A stretch of 64,000 nucleotides of DNA from Klebsiella phage phiKp_32. How positions within the stretch are numbered: the first letter of the stretch is position 1; each line of letters starts with the position of its first letter. Below, piece after piece: positions 10,895-20,500 of the stretch. The position numbers and the translations under genes are program-made. Below the pieces are notes generated by a model, which was not told the DNA's origin, did not search any database, and saw nothing but the letters and a program-made list of their open reading frames with translations. Where the stretch lies: sequence record LC768500.1; one strand, written 5' to 3'.

Positions 10895-12412
10895 ATGACT
10901 ACCCCAACTAATAACAATATACCGAGTAACTCGGTTCAAGACCGATTATTCAACGCAGAAAAATTTGACGAGTTTATCAACTCTAACAACACGTCTTTTA
11001 CAGACCGTCTTGGGATCAGCAGAACGACGTTAAACGGGATTAGACAAAACGTTTCTAATTGGATGACGTCGTTTTCCACTGAAAACGGGGCGGAGAATGT
11101 CGGATATAGAACCTCTAATGTGGGAGATGTTCTTTCCCGTATGAGGACAATGAGTGACTCGGGTCTTCCGCGTCCTTATCTGGGGTATTCTTCGACTAAC
11201 GACCTTGCTATTTTTACAGAGCAGGGCGCTCTTCGCGATACCGATCTTCTTTTGAATGGTTCGATCACCATAGGTAGGAAATTCCGTAGTATTCGCAGGC
11301 ACGCGACCGCATTGAGTTTACGAGGTGGCCGAGCTTCATCAGGAGATACTGGAGTCTTCAATGCTCAGGTTACGGGTGCGCAGAACGCCAGGGGCGTAGC
11401 TGCATATGGGTTGAATGATGGCGTAACATTATTTGCCGACGCCTTAGCTCCAGCACTGGAAGACTGGGAAACAGTTGATACTGCGTCATATACCGCCACG
11501 ACTGTTACGGTCAGCCCATCGGTGTATTCTTCTTTCCTGACCAACGCCCTAGTTGGTGACGTCATTCAGACACTCCACCCCACTAAATGTTGGGGGTTGA
11601 TTACCAGTATAAACAAAACCACTGGTGTGGTGACAGTTGATGAATGGGCGACAGCTGATGGGGCCACTCTAACACCGACTTCGGGCGTGGGGTTCAACGT
11701 CAACCTGATTAATAAAGTTTGGGCTATCAACGCCAACACTATCATTAACAGCAACTCTGCCGCCGATAATGCCGTAATATGCGAATTTGGGGCGGTGATC
11801 AATAAGTCTGGAGCTTCGCTAAACGGTATCGATATTCCGCTGCTCCAACAAAGCCTCTATGATGGTGTGGCTGGCGTACTGGTTCGCCCTGCGAGCACTT
11901 CAGCTAAAACATGGTTGTACGGTGTCCGTTCAACTAATAACAGAATGAACTTCTATGCGTCCGGCGCCACGTATAATAACTACGTATCGACCGGGTCTGC
12001 GCCAGTCGGAATAAGATTTTCTGGAATGCCCACTTATTCGATGGTGTTCAGCAAATCTTCCGATATGACAGATATGTCGTATGTTAACTCGACGATGATT
12101 TACGATGGATACGGTAGACGTCTGCGCAATATGACTAAGTACAGTGTGCTTACGACGAATACAACGCTGAATGCGCTCATTCCTTGTTATCTGATAAATG
12201 CAGCCGGGATAACTCTGACAATGCCGGCTATAAGTAATATGTCTTCAGGTCATTTTTACGAATTGAAGATACTTAGGGCTGGAACATACTATATCACCGC
12301 CAACGCCCAGGAAGTCAACGTAAGTGGTTACGCTACGTACCCTTTAACTGTCACCACCCCAACTAAAGTAGAGGTTTGGTACGATGGATCGACCTGGATA
12401 ATTGTTCCTTAA
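10895..12412 (+). CDS. Tail fibre / receptor-binding protein with conserved N-terminal anchor module
   Basis: MTTPTNNNIPSNSVQDRLFNAEKFDEFINSNNTSFTDRLG; divergent C-term. Confidence 0.75.
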   Translation: MTTPTNNNIPSNSVQDRLFNAEKFDEFINSNNTSFTDRLGISRTTLNGIRQNVSNWMTSFSTENGAENVGYRTSNVGDVLSRMRTMSDSGLPRPYLGYSSTNDLAIFTEQGALRDTDLLLNGSITIGRKFRSIRRHATALSLRGGRASSGDTGVFNAQVTGAQNARGVAAYGLNDGVTLFADALAPALEDWETVDTASYTATTVTVSPSVYSSFLTNALVGDVIQTLHPTKCWGLITSINKTTGVVTVDEWATADGATLTPTSGVGFNVNLINKVWAINANTIINSNSAADNAVICEFGAVINKSGASLNGIDIPLLQQSLYDGVAGVLVRPASTSAKTWLYGVRSTNNRMNFYASGATYNNYVSTGSAPVGIRFSGMPTYSMVFSKSSDMTDMSYVNSTMIYDGYGRRLRNMTKYSVLTTNTTLNALIPCYLINAAGITLTMPAISNMSSGHFYELKILRAGTYYITANAQEVNVSGYATYPLTVTTPTKVEVWYDGSTWIIVP

Positions 12413-12457
12413 CGATTTAACCAATATATGGACCATAAACCCATCTAGGGAAATATC

Positions 12458-12739
12458 ATGTCAGCCGAAAAACAAATTCTTCAACTTCAAGCTCAAATTT
12501 GCCACCTGCGTTTAGAAGGCGCCGAAGCCAAACGATACATCGCCGAGCTCGAATCGATTATCGCTAATAACGAATTGCAGCGTGTATCTATCGAGTTGGG
12601 TCGTATCGAGAAAGCCGAAGGTATGGAGAAAGATACCGCTCGGCAAGAAGAAGACGAGGCGGTGAACAAAGACATCGAAGATATCAAACGCGCAGAACGG
12701 GCTTCAGAAGAAACTCAGGCAGAAGAAGAACAGCAGTAA
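12458..12739 (+). CDS. Acidic coiled-coil hypothetical protein
   Basis: 93-aa ORF rich in E/Q/A heptad-like sequence; RBS gggaaatatcatg. Confidence 0.5.
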   Translation: MSAEKQILQLQAQICHLRLEGAEAKRYIAELESIIANNELQRVSIELGRIEKAEGMEKDTARQEEDEAVNKDIEDIKRAERASEETQAEEEQQ

Positions 12740-12815
12740 ATCCTTATAGTCAGTAGAATTGGGGGTATTTTTTAACTAACGTACCGTAGAGTTTGCCTCC
12801 AGAGCGTACGCTAAA

Positions 12816-13049
12816 TTGGTTAATGTGAAGGTCCGATCTTTTGATTACACTGCCGATATGGGGTTCATTACTCAAGGCTGTAATTTTACAACCGTTACTA
12901 AGTGGGGTTTCCCTCAATTCGGGTCATTTGGTTTGGGTGAGAGGACTCAGCGAATGGATGCGATGGGCGCCGGCGCGGTAGCGGAATACATCAACACAGT
13001 TAATCAGGGTGTGTCGTTCAAAGCTTTAACAACTTACTCCGGGACATAA
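12816..13049 (+). CDS. Hypothetical protein
   Basis: 77-aa ORF in a 380-nt gap; weak support. Confidence 0.3.
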   Translation: MVNVKVRSFDYTADMGFITQGCNFTTVTKWGFPQFGSFGLGERTQRMDAMGAGAVAEYINTVNQGVSFKALTTYSGT

Positions 13050-13120
13050 TTCTAGTTATTTTCTACCCAGCCCTAATGCTATGAAGGTAAGGAGTTAACC
13101 CACACACAGCAGGTACTTAT

Positions 13121-13894
13121 ATGCATAATCGTAGTGTTAAGCGTGCTAACCGCGACGCTCGTCGCGAAGCAAGACGTCAAGATAAGTCCCAAAGTAGCCA
13201 ACTGAAACTGGTGGACAACAATTTCAGTGAAATAAATCTACCTCTTGCAAAAGCTGATCGGAGTAAGATTGAGCCGAAAACCCCAATGCAACAAAAATAT
13301 TGGAATGGGTTACACGCCCACGATGTCGTCATCGGTATTGGTGAAGCGGGTAGCGGTAAAACGTTCCTCCCGACTTGTTACGCTGCAGAACGTCTGCTGG
13401 CTAAAGACGTGGAAAAGATTATCGTTACACGACCAGTCCTACAGGCCGATGAAGATCTGGGTTTTCTCCCCGGGGATGTTAATGAGAAATTCGCACCTTA
13501 CTTCCGACCGGTCTACGATATCTTACTGAAACGCCTGGGTGGTGGAATGCTCAACTATTGCATGAAGCCTGGCGTGGAGAAAGTTGAAGTCGCCCCCTTT
13601 GCTTTTATGAGAGGTCGTACTTTTTCTGACTCAGTGGTGATTCTTGACGAAGCGCAAAACGTTACAGTTATGCAGATGAAAATGTTCATCACTCGTATGG
13701 GTGAGAACACTACGGTAATCATCAACGGCGACCTTACCCAGTGCGATCTTCCTAAAGGAGTTAAATCCGGTCTGGAAGATCTACTGGAGCGCATTGAACG
13801 AGATCCTGAAAATGGATTCCCGATTTATCGTTTCAATGCGGCTGATAGTGTGCGGTCAGATATTTGCTCCAAAGCCCTGAAACTTTATAAGTAA
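13121..13894 (+). CDS. phoH: PhoH-like ATPase
   Basis: Walker A GIGEAGSGKTFL and PhoH-type layout (VILDEAQN, INGDLTQCDL). Confidence 0.85.
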   Translation: MHNRSVKRANRDARREARRQDKSQSSQLKLVDNNFSEINLPLAKADRSKIEPKTPMQQKYWNGLHAHDVVIGIGEAGSGKTFLPTCYAAERLLAKDVEKIIVTRPVLQADEDLGFLPGDVNEKFAPYFRPVYDILLKRLGGGMLNYCMKPGVEKVEVAPFAFMRGRTFSDSVVILDEAQNVTVMQMKMFITRMGENTTVIINGDLTQCDLPKGVKSGLEDLLERIERDPENGFPIYRFNAADSVRSDICSKALKLYK

Positions 13895-13899
13895 ATTCT

Positions 13900-13936
13900 A
13901 ATAACTCCTACTCCCTTATCGGGAGTAGGAGTTATT
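13900..13936 (+). terminator. Hairpin family A: aataactcctactccc ttatc gggagtaggagttatt
   Basis: 16-bp perfect stem plus T-run. Near-identical copies at 24086, 37329 and 62665. Confidence 0.7.
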
Positions 13937-13984
13937 TTAAACGCACCACGGTTATTTATGAACTTTTCATAAGAGACCGTAATC

Positions 13985-14452
13985 ATGAACCTCATGTACG
14001 ATAATTACTACGGAAAAGAAATACTTGGATTGGGTTTAGAGGGTGAAGTCATCACAATGCTAAATTTGGCGATGGCTGATATTAATCACTTCGCTAAGAA
14101 AAGCATTTCTAAAGATATCAACCCCTATCCGTTCAATCTGGAAGATTTTAAGCACAACCGTTTAAACGAACACTACTTCCTCGTTTTTGATGGGAAGAAA
14201 ATAGTGTCGATTCTATCCGTCGTTTACGCTTTAGAGCATCATCTCAAAATAGCTAAAATCTTTAACGTTTATACGTTACCGGAGTATCGCCATAAAGGAC
14301 TTGCTAAACGCAACCTAATCGCCGCTATCGTGTCGGCAAGATCAAATGGGTACATTGTGCAGTTAAACGTTTACAGGTCTAATAAAGCCGCTCAGAAGCT
14401 TTACAAGAGTCTCAAATTTAAACCTGTAGAATACACCATGCAGCTCGGTTAA
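13985..14452 (+). CDS. GNAT-family N-acetyltransferase
   Basis: Motif A region VYTLPEYRHKGLAKRNLIAAIV, typical length. Confidence 0.65.
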   Translation: MNLMYDNYYGKEILGLGLEGEVITMLNLAMADINHFAKKSISKDINPYPFNLEDFKHNRLNEHYFLVFDGKKIVSILSVVYALEHHLKIAKIFNVYTLPEYRHKGLAKRNLIAAIVSARSNGYIVQLNVYRSNKAAQKLYKSLKFKPVEYTMQLG

Positions 14453-14560
14453 TTTTAACTACGTTATCGCCTTATTAGTAATGAAGAGAGAATACATTGT
14501 TTTAAACATCGGTTTGAAATAATACGTTCTCATTTTTAACACTAAGCGAAGGTAAATAAA

Positions 14561-15349
14561 ATGAAAGTAACTAAAGAACAATTGATTGAAGCTTTTAACC
14601 AAACAGTGGAAAAAGAAGAAATTGGTTTCAGTGATGGCAAAGAGAGGCTTAAACTGGTCTTAGACGACCCTAAGATGACCCCTCAGGAATTCGAGAATGT
14701 CGTGGGTTGGCTAACCGAGATCTTTTTCTCAGGAACCAATCTGCTGCATATTAATAACCAAACCTCATTAACAGGTGTTCTTTTCTTAAATAACGTTACA
14801 AGTCATTCCAAAGAACTCATTCTAACTAACTCTAACTTGCATAATACTAGTATTTCGGATAAAGGTCGGTGTGAGATTATTCATTCTAAGTTACAAGAAA
14901 GCTCGATTGCCTCTTATGAGGGAATTGGATCAAAGGTGATTGTTAAGTATAGCGACGTTATTGCCTGCCATTTAAACGGTGTTTTTATCGATCACGCTAT
15001 TGTCGTTTGTAGGGAAATTCGCGAAAGTATCACCCTGGAGAATTGCCATATTGCGCACTCAAGACTCTACTTTGGTCCATGTGAGATAAAAAATAAAAAG
15101 TTCTCGTCAGTTATCATCGACGCGGTTAATTTTACCGGTGATTATTTCTGTATTGGGTTAAATGGAGAAAACGCAGTAGGATATGTCAATGGAACTGAAA
15201 AACTAATTGTGGTGGGCGAAAAGAGATACAATCCCGGCAGTTGGGAAGAACAATTCGTTAATAAAGAACAAAATTTATTCATTAAAATGATGAATCAAAA
15301 GAAATTAGAAATGATGAATATGTTCTTCGATAGTTTGGCGTTTAAATAA
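14561..15349 (+). CDS. Hypothetical protein (262 aa)
   Basis: Long ORF with RBS aaggtaaataaaatg; no recognisable motif. Confidence 0.5.
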   Translation: MKVTKEQLIEAFNQTVEKEEIGFSDGKERLKLVLDDPKMTPQEFENVVGWLTEIFFSGTNLLHINNQTSLTGVLFLNNVTSHSKELILTNSNLHNTSISDKGRCEIIHSKLQESSIASYEGIGSKVIVKYSDVIACHLNGVFIDHAIVVCREIRESITLENCHIAHSRLYFGPCEIKNKKFSSVIIDAVNFTGDYFCIGLNGENAVGYVNGTEKLIVVGEKRYNPGSWEEQFVNKEQNLFIKMMNQKKLEMMNMFFDSLAFK

Positions 15350-15355
15350 TAAAGT

Positions 15356-15390
15356 TTTACTCTACCTCGGTTTCCCGAGGTAGAGTAAAG
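15356..15390. terminator. Bidirectional hairpin ttttactctacctcgg tttcc cgaggtagagtaaag between convergent genes
   Basis: Perfect inverted repeat flanked by A/T runs on both sides. Confidence 0.65.
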
Positions 15391-15486
15391 AGAGCCATCT
15401 GGATTATTAATGTCTAAGGAATATAACCGAGGAACCCAGCAAAAGAAACACCCAAAAATCAGCTAGTGAGTGTTCTATCGTTCTTT

Positions 15487-17295
15487 TTACGCTAATACCC
15501 AGCAAGCTCTAGATGAGTTCCAAATGAATTCATAGGTTCCCGCAGAAGTTAAAGCGACGCTAGTTAACGACCCACCTCCAGGGCCGTAAATTGTATCGGT
15601 CCCGTTAGGGGTTACCGTGTACGTCCCACCTGATAGGATTTTCTTAAATCTTATCATAAACCCTGAACTCAACCCAGTCCCAGACGGAAGGTTGAAAGAT
15701 GAGGCGGCGGAACTCAAACAGTAATAAACGTTACTCAATCCGGTCGTAGGGAAAGTATAACCGGTATTAATTTCAGTATAAGTAACGGATACTTGAGATA
15801 ATCCAGCTAATGAGACTTTACCTGCCGCGAACGTGATTAACTGGGTAGGCGCCGCAGTTCCTGAACCACCCCAGATTCCAGAAGGAGAGAAACTCAATCT
15901 TGGGTAAGCCTCACCCGTCACTTTTAACGAATACATTGCTGTAGCCGTGGACGTAGCTCCCTGTTGAATAGGCTGAACGGCATCCATGACTTTTATGTTA
16001 GCGAATTCGTAGTTTCCTCTGTCAGGGGAATTGGTAATCGCCACCGCGGCGGCGTCAGATGGGGACCCGGTAGCGACGTTATTGGTGAAGTAATCATTAA
16101 CGCCATTCCACATTGTCGAAGAACCTGACGCGAAAGCCATGCAATAAGCTACTCGTGTGCTAGACGTGCCAGTGTTGTAATTGAAATGGGAGTTGGAGGT
16201 AATAATCTTTCTCACGTTACCTGTGAACTTCAGGTTGGCGTAACCATTAGTGGCGATCTCCGCAGCTGCAGACCCCCATCCGTTGGCAAAGAACGTGTTG
16301 GCGATTTGTTCGTGGATTTCAGTACCGCCAGGAGTGTTAAATAAAATCCCTGACTTAGCGTTAGAGTTAACGTGGTTCCTCACCATGCTCGTTACGGTAG
16401 CATTAGGTCCGAATACCACGCCGTTTCCGTTAGACTCGTAAGATTCACTGAGTACCATACGGAAACTTGCACAGTTAGCGTAAATATTATCCGATCCACT
16501 ACGCCCGATAGAAGAAGATAACAATTGCCAATCCGCGCCATTGGCGATATACAAGCAGGTGTTGTAACAGTATAGTATCGAAGAGTATTGCAGATACCCC
16601 ATGTTACGGTTTTTCCCAGCGTAAACGCCGTACCCAGAGAAATTACCAATACCTGAGTTTATCAACTGTACACCGATTGAATAAACACTGGCATCGGCTA
16701 GATATATCGCCGTGAGAGGTCCGCTCGTCGGCGCGTTTAGAGCATAAACCGACCCTGGGTTAGACCAATCCCCCTCAATCCTAATATTTTCAAAAGTAGG
16801 GGAAGCCGACCGGGAACAGTAGAACATGTTACCGGTCGTCCCTGGTTTGGCGGTAATACGAGCTGAACTACGTTTACCAACACCTTCAAAATAAACGTTA
16901 CTGGAAATATTTAAATTCCCAATTATGTAGTTCTTACCCGCGCTAAGTTTTATTCTAGCTGTAGAGGAAGCGTTAATAGCGGCCTGCATGGCTGCTGTAT
17001 CATCAGTTACACCATCGCCCTTTGCCCCATAAGCTTCTGGAACAACGTAGGTCAAGTAATCCTGAACGTGTCCCCCTTGGCTAACGCCGATGTTACCAGC
17101 GCCAGTATTCCCAGTTAGGTTAGAGAAGAAGGTTTGGATAGAGGTTACGATCCCCTTCATTGTGAAACGCTTGGCTCCAAAACGATCGTCGTATGTCTCG
17201 TTATCACTATTAACGATCTCGTCGAGTTTCTCGGTGTTAAACCTCACGTCTATTGCAGTACTACTGGGTATATTATTTTGTGTTGGAGTTGTCAT
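15487..17295 (-). CDS. Tailspike / receptor-binding protein with conserved N-terminal anchor module; inverted relative to the main array
   Basis: MTTPTQNNIPSSTAIDVRFNTEKLDEIVNSDNETYDDRFGAKRFTMKG; RBS ggaggg; Gly/Ser-rich beta-helix-like body. Confidence 0.8.
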   Translation of the reverse strand: MTTPTQNNIPSSTAIDVRFNTEKLDEIVNSDNETYDDRFGAKRFTMKGIVTSIQTFFSNLTGNTGAGNIGVSQGGHVQDYLTYVVPEAYGAKGDGVTDDTAAMQAAINASSTARIKLSAGKNYIIGNLNISSNVYFEGVGKRSSARITAKPGTTGNMFYCSRSASPTFENIRIEGDWSNPGSVYALNAPTSGPLTAIYLADASVYSIGVQLINSGIGNFSGYGVYAGKNRNMGYLQYSSILYCYNTCLYIANGADWQLLSSSIGRSGSDNIYANCASFRMVLSESYESNGNGVVFGPNATVTSMVRNHVNSNAKSGILFNTPGGTEIHEQIANTFFANGWGSAAAEIATNGYANLKFTGNVRKIITSNSHFNYNTGTSSTRVAYCMAFASGSSTMWNGVNDYFTNNVATGSPSDAAAVAITNSPDRGNYEFANIKVMDAVQPIQQGATSTATAMYSLKVTGEAYPRLSFSPSGIWGGSGTAAPTQLITFAAGKVSLAGLSQVSVTYTEINTGYTFPTTGLSNVYYCLSSAASSFNLPSGTGLSSGFMIRFKKILSGGTYTVTPNGTDTIYGPGGGSLTSVALTSAGTYEFIWNSSRACWVLA

Positions 17296-17408
17296 CTCTC
17301 CCTCCGACTATAAAAATTAACGGTCACGCATATTACTATGTATGACGCCTAATGAACCTGGGTCATAAAATTCAACATGATGTTAATCCACGCTATTGAG
17401 GTTTTATT

Positions 17409-17684
17409 ATGAAATTTACTTCTGCTGTTGCAAAACTCAAACCTGGTTTCGGTATTCAGTGCACCGATTGGAATGGCGCAAATCAGTTTGTTTTCGATGC
17501 CTCTTTGACCATGTCTCTCGTTGAAGCACGCAAGCAGGGCTTCCCCGGCCCGGTTAAACTGAAACCGGTTTACGTGTTGCATAACGCCAAGGGTGAGCTG
17601 CAACCTGGTTGGGTGCCGTCTCAGGGTGATCTGCGCAACGAGAACTGGGTCGTTGTCAAAATCAAAGACGCGCTGGCGAAATGA
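17409..17684 (+). CDS. DUF2829-like small protein; codon usage of a highly expressed gene
   Basis: MKFTSAVAKLKPGFGIQCTDWNGANQFVF...GWVPSQGDLRNENWVVV matches the GWNG ... ASQxDxLAEDW pattern recalled for this family. Confidence 0.5.
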   Translation: MKFTSAVAKLKPGFGIQCTDWNGANQFVFDASLTMSLVEARKQGFPGPVKLKPVYVLHNAKGELQPGWVPSQGDLRNENWVVVKIKDALAK

Positions 17685-18007
17685 ACTACCATCTCTTCTT
17701 CGTCGTAGGATTGACAGTTTGTTTGATCGTTTTTAGTGTCTTTGACGATTACTACACGAAAAGAGCGATTGGACTTAAAGGTTACGTTCCTTTCTGGGCT
17801 GTCGCAGTAATTCCAGGAAAATCCAAACTTAGTCTTAAACTGATTAAGTTTAAGATGGCGTGTTATGTTTTGGTTTGGATTTCGTGGCTGGTCATTCTAT
17901 CATCTCCGTTACCTTTTCTTGTTGCGTTGATGATGACGATCTTGGGATTGCTCAGTTGTATCATGTTAGGATCGTTGCTTCACAACATCGCTCAATCTAA
18001 AAAATAA
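17681..18007 (+). CDS. Small membrane protein (2-3 TM helices)
   Basis: Hydrophobic stretches LFFVVGLTVCLIVF and VLVWISWLVILSS. Confidence 0.5.
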   Translation: MNYHLFFVVGLTVCLIVFSVFDDYYTKRAIGLKGYVPFWAVAVIPGKSKLSLKLIKFKMACYVLVWISWLVILSSPLPFLVALMMTILGLLSCIMLGSLLHNIAQSKK

Positions 18008-18012
18008 ATCTA

Positions 18013-18041
18013 AGTAGGAGAGGTTTCCCCGCTCCTACTTA
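18013..18041 (+). terminator. Hairpin aagtaggagagg tttcc ccgctcctactt
   Basis: Inverted repeat with TCCTAC core after the membrane-protein gene. Confidence 0.5.
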
Positions 18042-18058
18042 ATAAAGGATAATCTTTT

Positions 18059-18982
18059 ATGCCTATCATTATCGTTCCAGTTAGCGGTGGGGTAGAATCT
18101 ACCGCTTTACTCCACAAAGCCTTACAAGGTGACAACGAAGTTCATCCCGTATACGTTGCTGTCAACGGCGACCCTAGATCATCGGTATTTGATTTAACCG
18201 CAGCCGAACATATAGTGAATTGGTTTGAAGAACATAAAGGCGGTTACGTTGGGAGATTAAGACCCTTAACGTATATGATCAATCCGGTTTTCTTTCATCT
18301 CCATAACAATAACGAAATAGAAAACACCCCGGCCAATTATGGAGTGACCCAACAATTTCAATTGGTTTACAACATTAGTCTTCTTCGATCTAAATTTTGG
18401 GATTGTAATCCAGGTGTCTGGATTGGTTGGTTAAAGGAGGATGGCAATGAGTTTTCTTTTAACGAATACGATTTCTCGGCAGAGGAGTATAAGGAACTAT
18501 TAAAATTACCCGTGACACTAGGGGCGTTATCTAATATAGATAGAACGTGTAAGCCTTTTAGAACCCCCTTCTGGGAAATGACTAAATCCGATGTTTATCT
18601 AAGCCTGCCTGAAGAGCTTAAAACTTTAGTCGTTCCTAACGGTTCCGAGTATTATAACGGAGACGGTGACTTGGTCAGAACACCTTGGAAAGCTAAAAGG
18701 AAAGAATGGATCAATGCGAACATACCTATTAAAGACAGTTATGTATTTTCAGCAGCTCAGATTTCCCGCATAGGGCGATACGCCGGAAAGAAACTCTTGG
18801 GGAAAGATTTCAATCTCTCTCCTAATTACGACGCTTTAATCGAATTAGTTTATCGAGACTCTCGATGGCACCCTCTCCCCTTTACCAATAAAGACTTCTA
18901 CACCATTTGTAGTGCGAATAACTTAAAAGCCATCGTCAGGGAAGCCCAACACAACATCCCTGCTATCAAACCAATCGGTTAG
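18059..18982 (+). CDS. PP-loop (adenine nucleotide alpha-hydrolase) family protein, QueC/PAPS-reductase-like
   Basis: N-terminal IIIVPVSGGVESTAL is the SGGxDS-type PP-loop with E instead of D; rest of protein unassigned. Confidence 0.45.
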   Translation: MPIIIVPVSGGVESTALLHKALQGDNEVHPVYVAVNGDPRSSVFDLTAAEHIVNWFEEHKGGYVGRLRPLTYMINPVFFHLHNNNEIENTPANYGVTQQFQLVYNISLLRSKFWDCNPGVWIGWLKEDGNEFSFNEYDFSAEEYKELLKLPVTLGALSNIDRTCKPFRTPFWEMTKSDVYLSLPEELKTLVVPNGSEYYNGDGDLVRTPWKAKRKEWINANIPIKDSYVFSAAQISRIGRYAGKKLLGKDFNLSPNYDALIELVYRDSRWHPLPFTNKDFYTICSANNLKAIVREAQHNIPAIKPIG

Positions 18983-19035
18983 TTGGATAGTTCATCTATT
19001 TTTAGTTCTACATTATCTGGTCGGAGGAACTAAAA

Positions 19036-20172
19036 ATGTTTATTAGTAAACGGGGTAAACTCCGGCCACATAAATCCAATATTGAAATTATCGAACGGAC
19101 TTTCGGTTGTCGGAGATTTGTCTGGAATCAGTTATTAGGATTACATAAAGAGCAATATGAAAAATGGAAGGGGGATAATACTTTAGAAAAACCCAAATTA
19201 AGTTTAACACTGCTTAATAAAGAGCTCAATGAGCTCAAAATAACTCATTCTTGGTTAAATGAAGTAAGTGCCGTAGTTTTACAACAAAGCGTCAATGATC
19301 TTTATAGTGCTTTTCAAGGTTTCTTTAAGAGAGGCAAAGGTTACCCTAAATTTAAATCCAAAAGAGGAATTCAATCTTTTCGGTTTTCAGGTAGTCGGGA
19401 TATTCATGTCGACCACTCTAAAATCAGATTACCCAAATGCAATCATAAATCGGTAATTTCTAAAAACGTTATACTCAACGATCCTTCTTCCTATACCGTT
19501 ATTCGTGATCGGGTTGGCGATTATTTTATTTCCTTTGTTGACCAAATCGAAGAGATTGAACAAGAACCTGAAAGTAAGGGTAAGTTCGTCGGGGTTGATT
19601 TAGGGATCAAATCCTTGGCGGTTATTAAACACGTAAACGGTAAAGTAGAGGAAATAGAAAATCCTCAATTTTATCGTAAAGCTGAAAAACGTTTAAAGAC
19701 GTTATCCCGTCGTTTAAGTAAGAAACAGAAAGGGAGTAAGAATCGGAACAAAGCCAGAATTAAATTAGCTAAACACTGTCGAAAGATTGCTAATCAACGC
19801 AATGACTTTTTACATAAATTATCCACTCGATTAATTACCGAAAACCAAGGGATTAATATCGAAGATTTAAATGTAAAGGGGATGGTTAAGAATCATAACT
19901 TAGCGAAGTCGATTCAAGATGCGTCTTTCAGTATCTTAAAACAACAATTGATTTACAAAGCTAGCCGGTATATTAAACCTAAAGTGATTTGTCTTGTCGA
20001 TCGTTTTTATCCCAGTACTCAAATCTGCTCTCATTGTGGCGTTAAAAGTGAAGTGAAAATCAAACTTCACGTAAGAGAATGGACCTGTGGTCACTGCGGA
20101 ACGCATCACGATCGTGACATTAATGCGGCTACGAATATCCTTAACGAAGGATGTCGTTTAACTACTTCCTAG
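19036..20172 (+). mobile_element. tnpB: TnpB (IS200/IS605-family OrfB, IS1341-type, no tnpA): RuvC-like nuclease with zinc finger
   Basis: RuvC-I VGVDLGIKSLAV; RuvC-II INIEDLNVKGM; Zn finger CSHCG...CGHCG; RuvC-III HDRDINAATNIL; 378 aa intact. Confidence 0.85.
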
Positions 20173-20299
20173 GTTAAGGGTATTTAGTTACCCCTACCCT
20201 TGGTCTGAGGGGACGTTAAGCCTGCGGAGTGCTGCAGTTGGTACGAGGAAGCAGGAAGTTGATTTATCAGCAAGACACATTATCTTTTCGGAGTAATCA
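20173..20299 (+). ncRNA. Candidate TnpB omega-RNA / IS right-end region
   Basis: 127-nt non-coding stretch immediately 3' of tnpB with small palindromes (aagggta...taccctt; cctgc...gcagg). This is the position where omega-RNA is normally encoded. Confidence 0.25.
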
Positions 20300-20488
20300 A
20301 TGAAATGCAATCACGATTTTGAAAAACCCACCTATGAATTCTTAAAGAAGGAGTCGGGCTTCTTTCATTGTTTTAAACGAACGTGTAAACAATGCGGGCA
20401 TGTTCACCAACAAGAAGTGAAACGTAAATCAGATGTGCCTCTCTGGGCTAAAGAAGCAGAAGAGGTATTTCACTATCACAAATTTTAG
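20300..20488 (+). CDS. Small zinc-ribbon protein
   Basis: CNHD...HCFKRTCKQCGH cysteine/histidine cluster; RBS ggagtaatcaatg. Confidence 0.45.
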   Translation: MKCNHDFEKPTYEFLKKESGFFHCFKRTCKQCGHVHQQEVKRKSDVPLWAKEAEEVFHYHKF

Positions 20489-20500
20489 GAGTCAATATCA

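Noticed and set aside
12740-13120. tRNA gene(s) in the 380-nt gap before phoH or elsewhere
   Set aside because: No convincing cloverleaf with a GTTCGAATC-type T-loop was found by eye. Running a tRNA scanner would be needed to exclude it formally.
14561-15349. Possible pentapeptide-repeat (Qnr/MfpA-like DNA mimic) reading of the 262-aa protein
   Set aside because: I could not phase consistent A(D/N)LxX pentads by eye; left as hypothetical.
17349-17603. Minus-strand 84-aa ORF overlapping the DUF2829-like gene
   Set aside because: The plus-strand gene has a family-level match, and the antisense ORF lacks an RBS.
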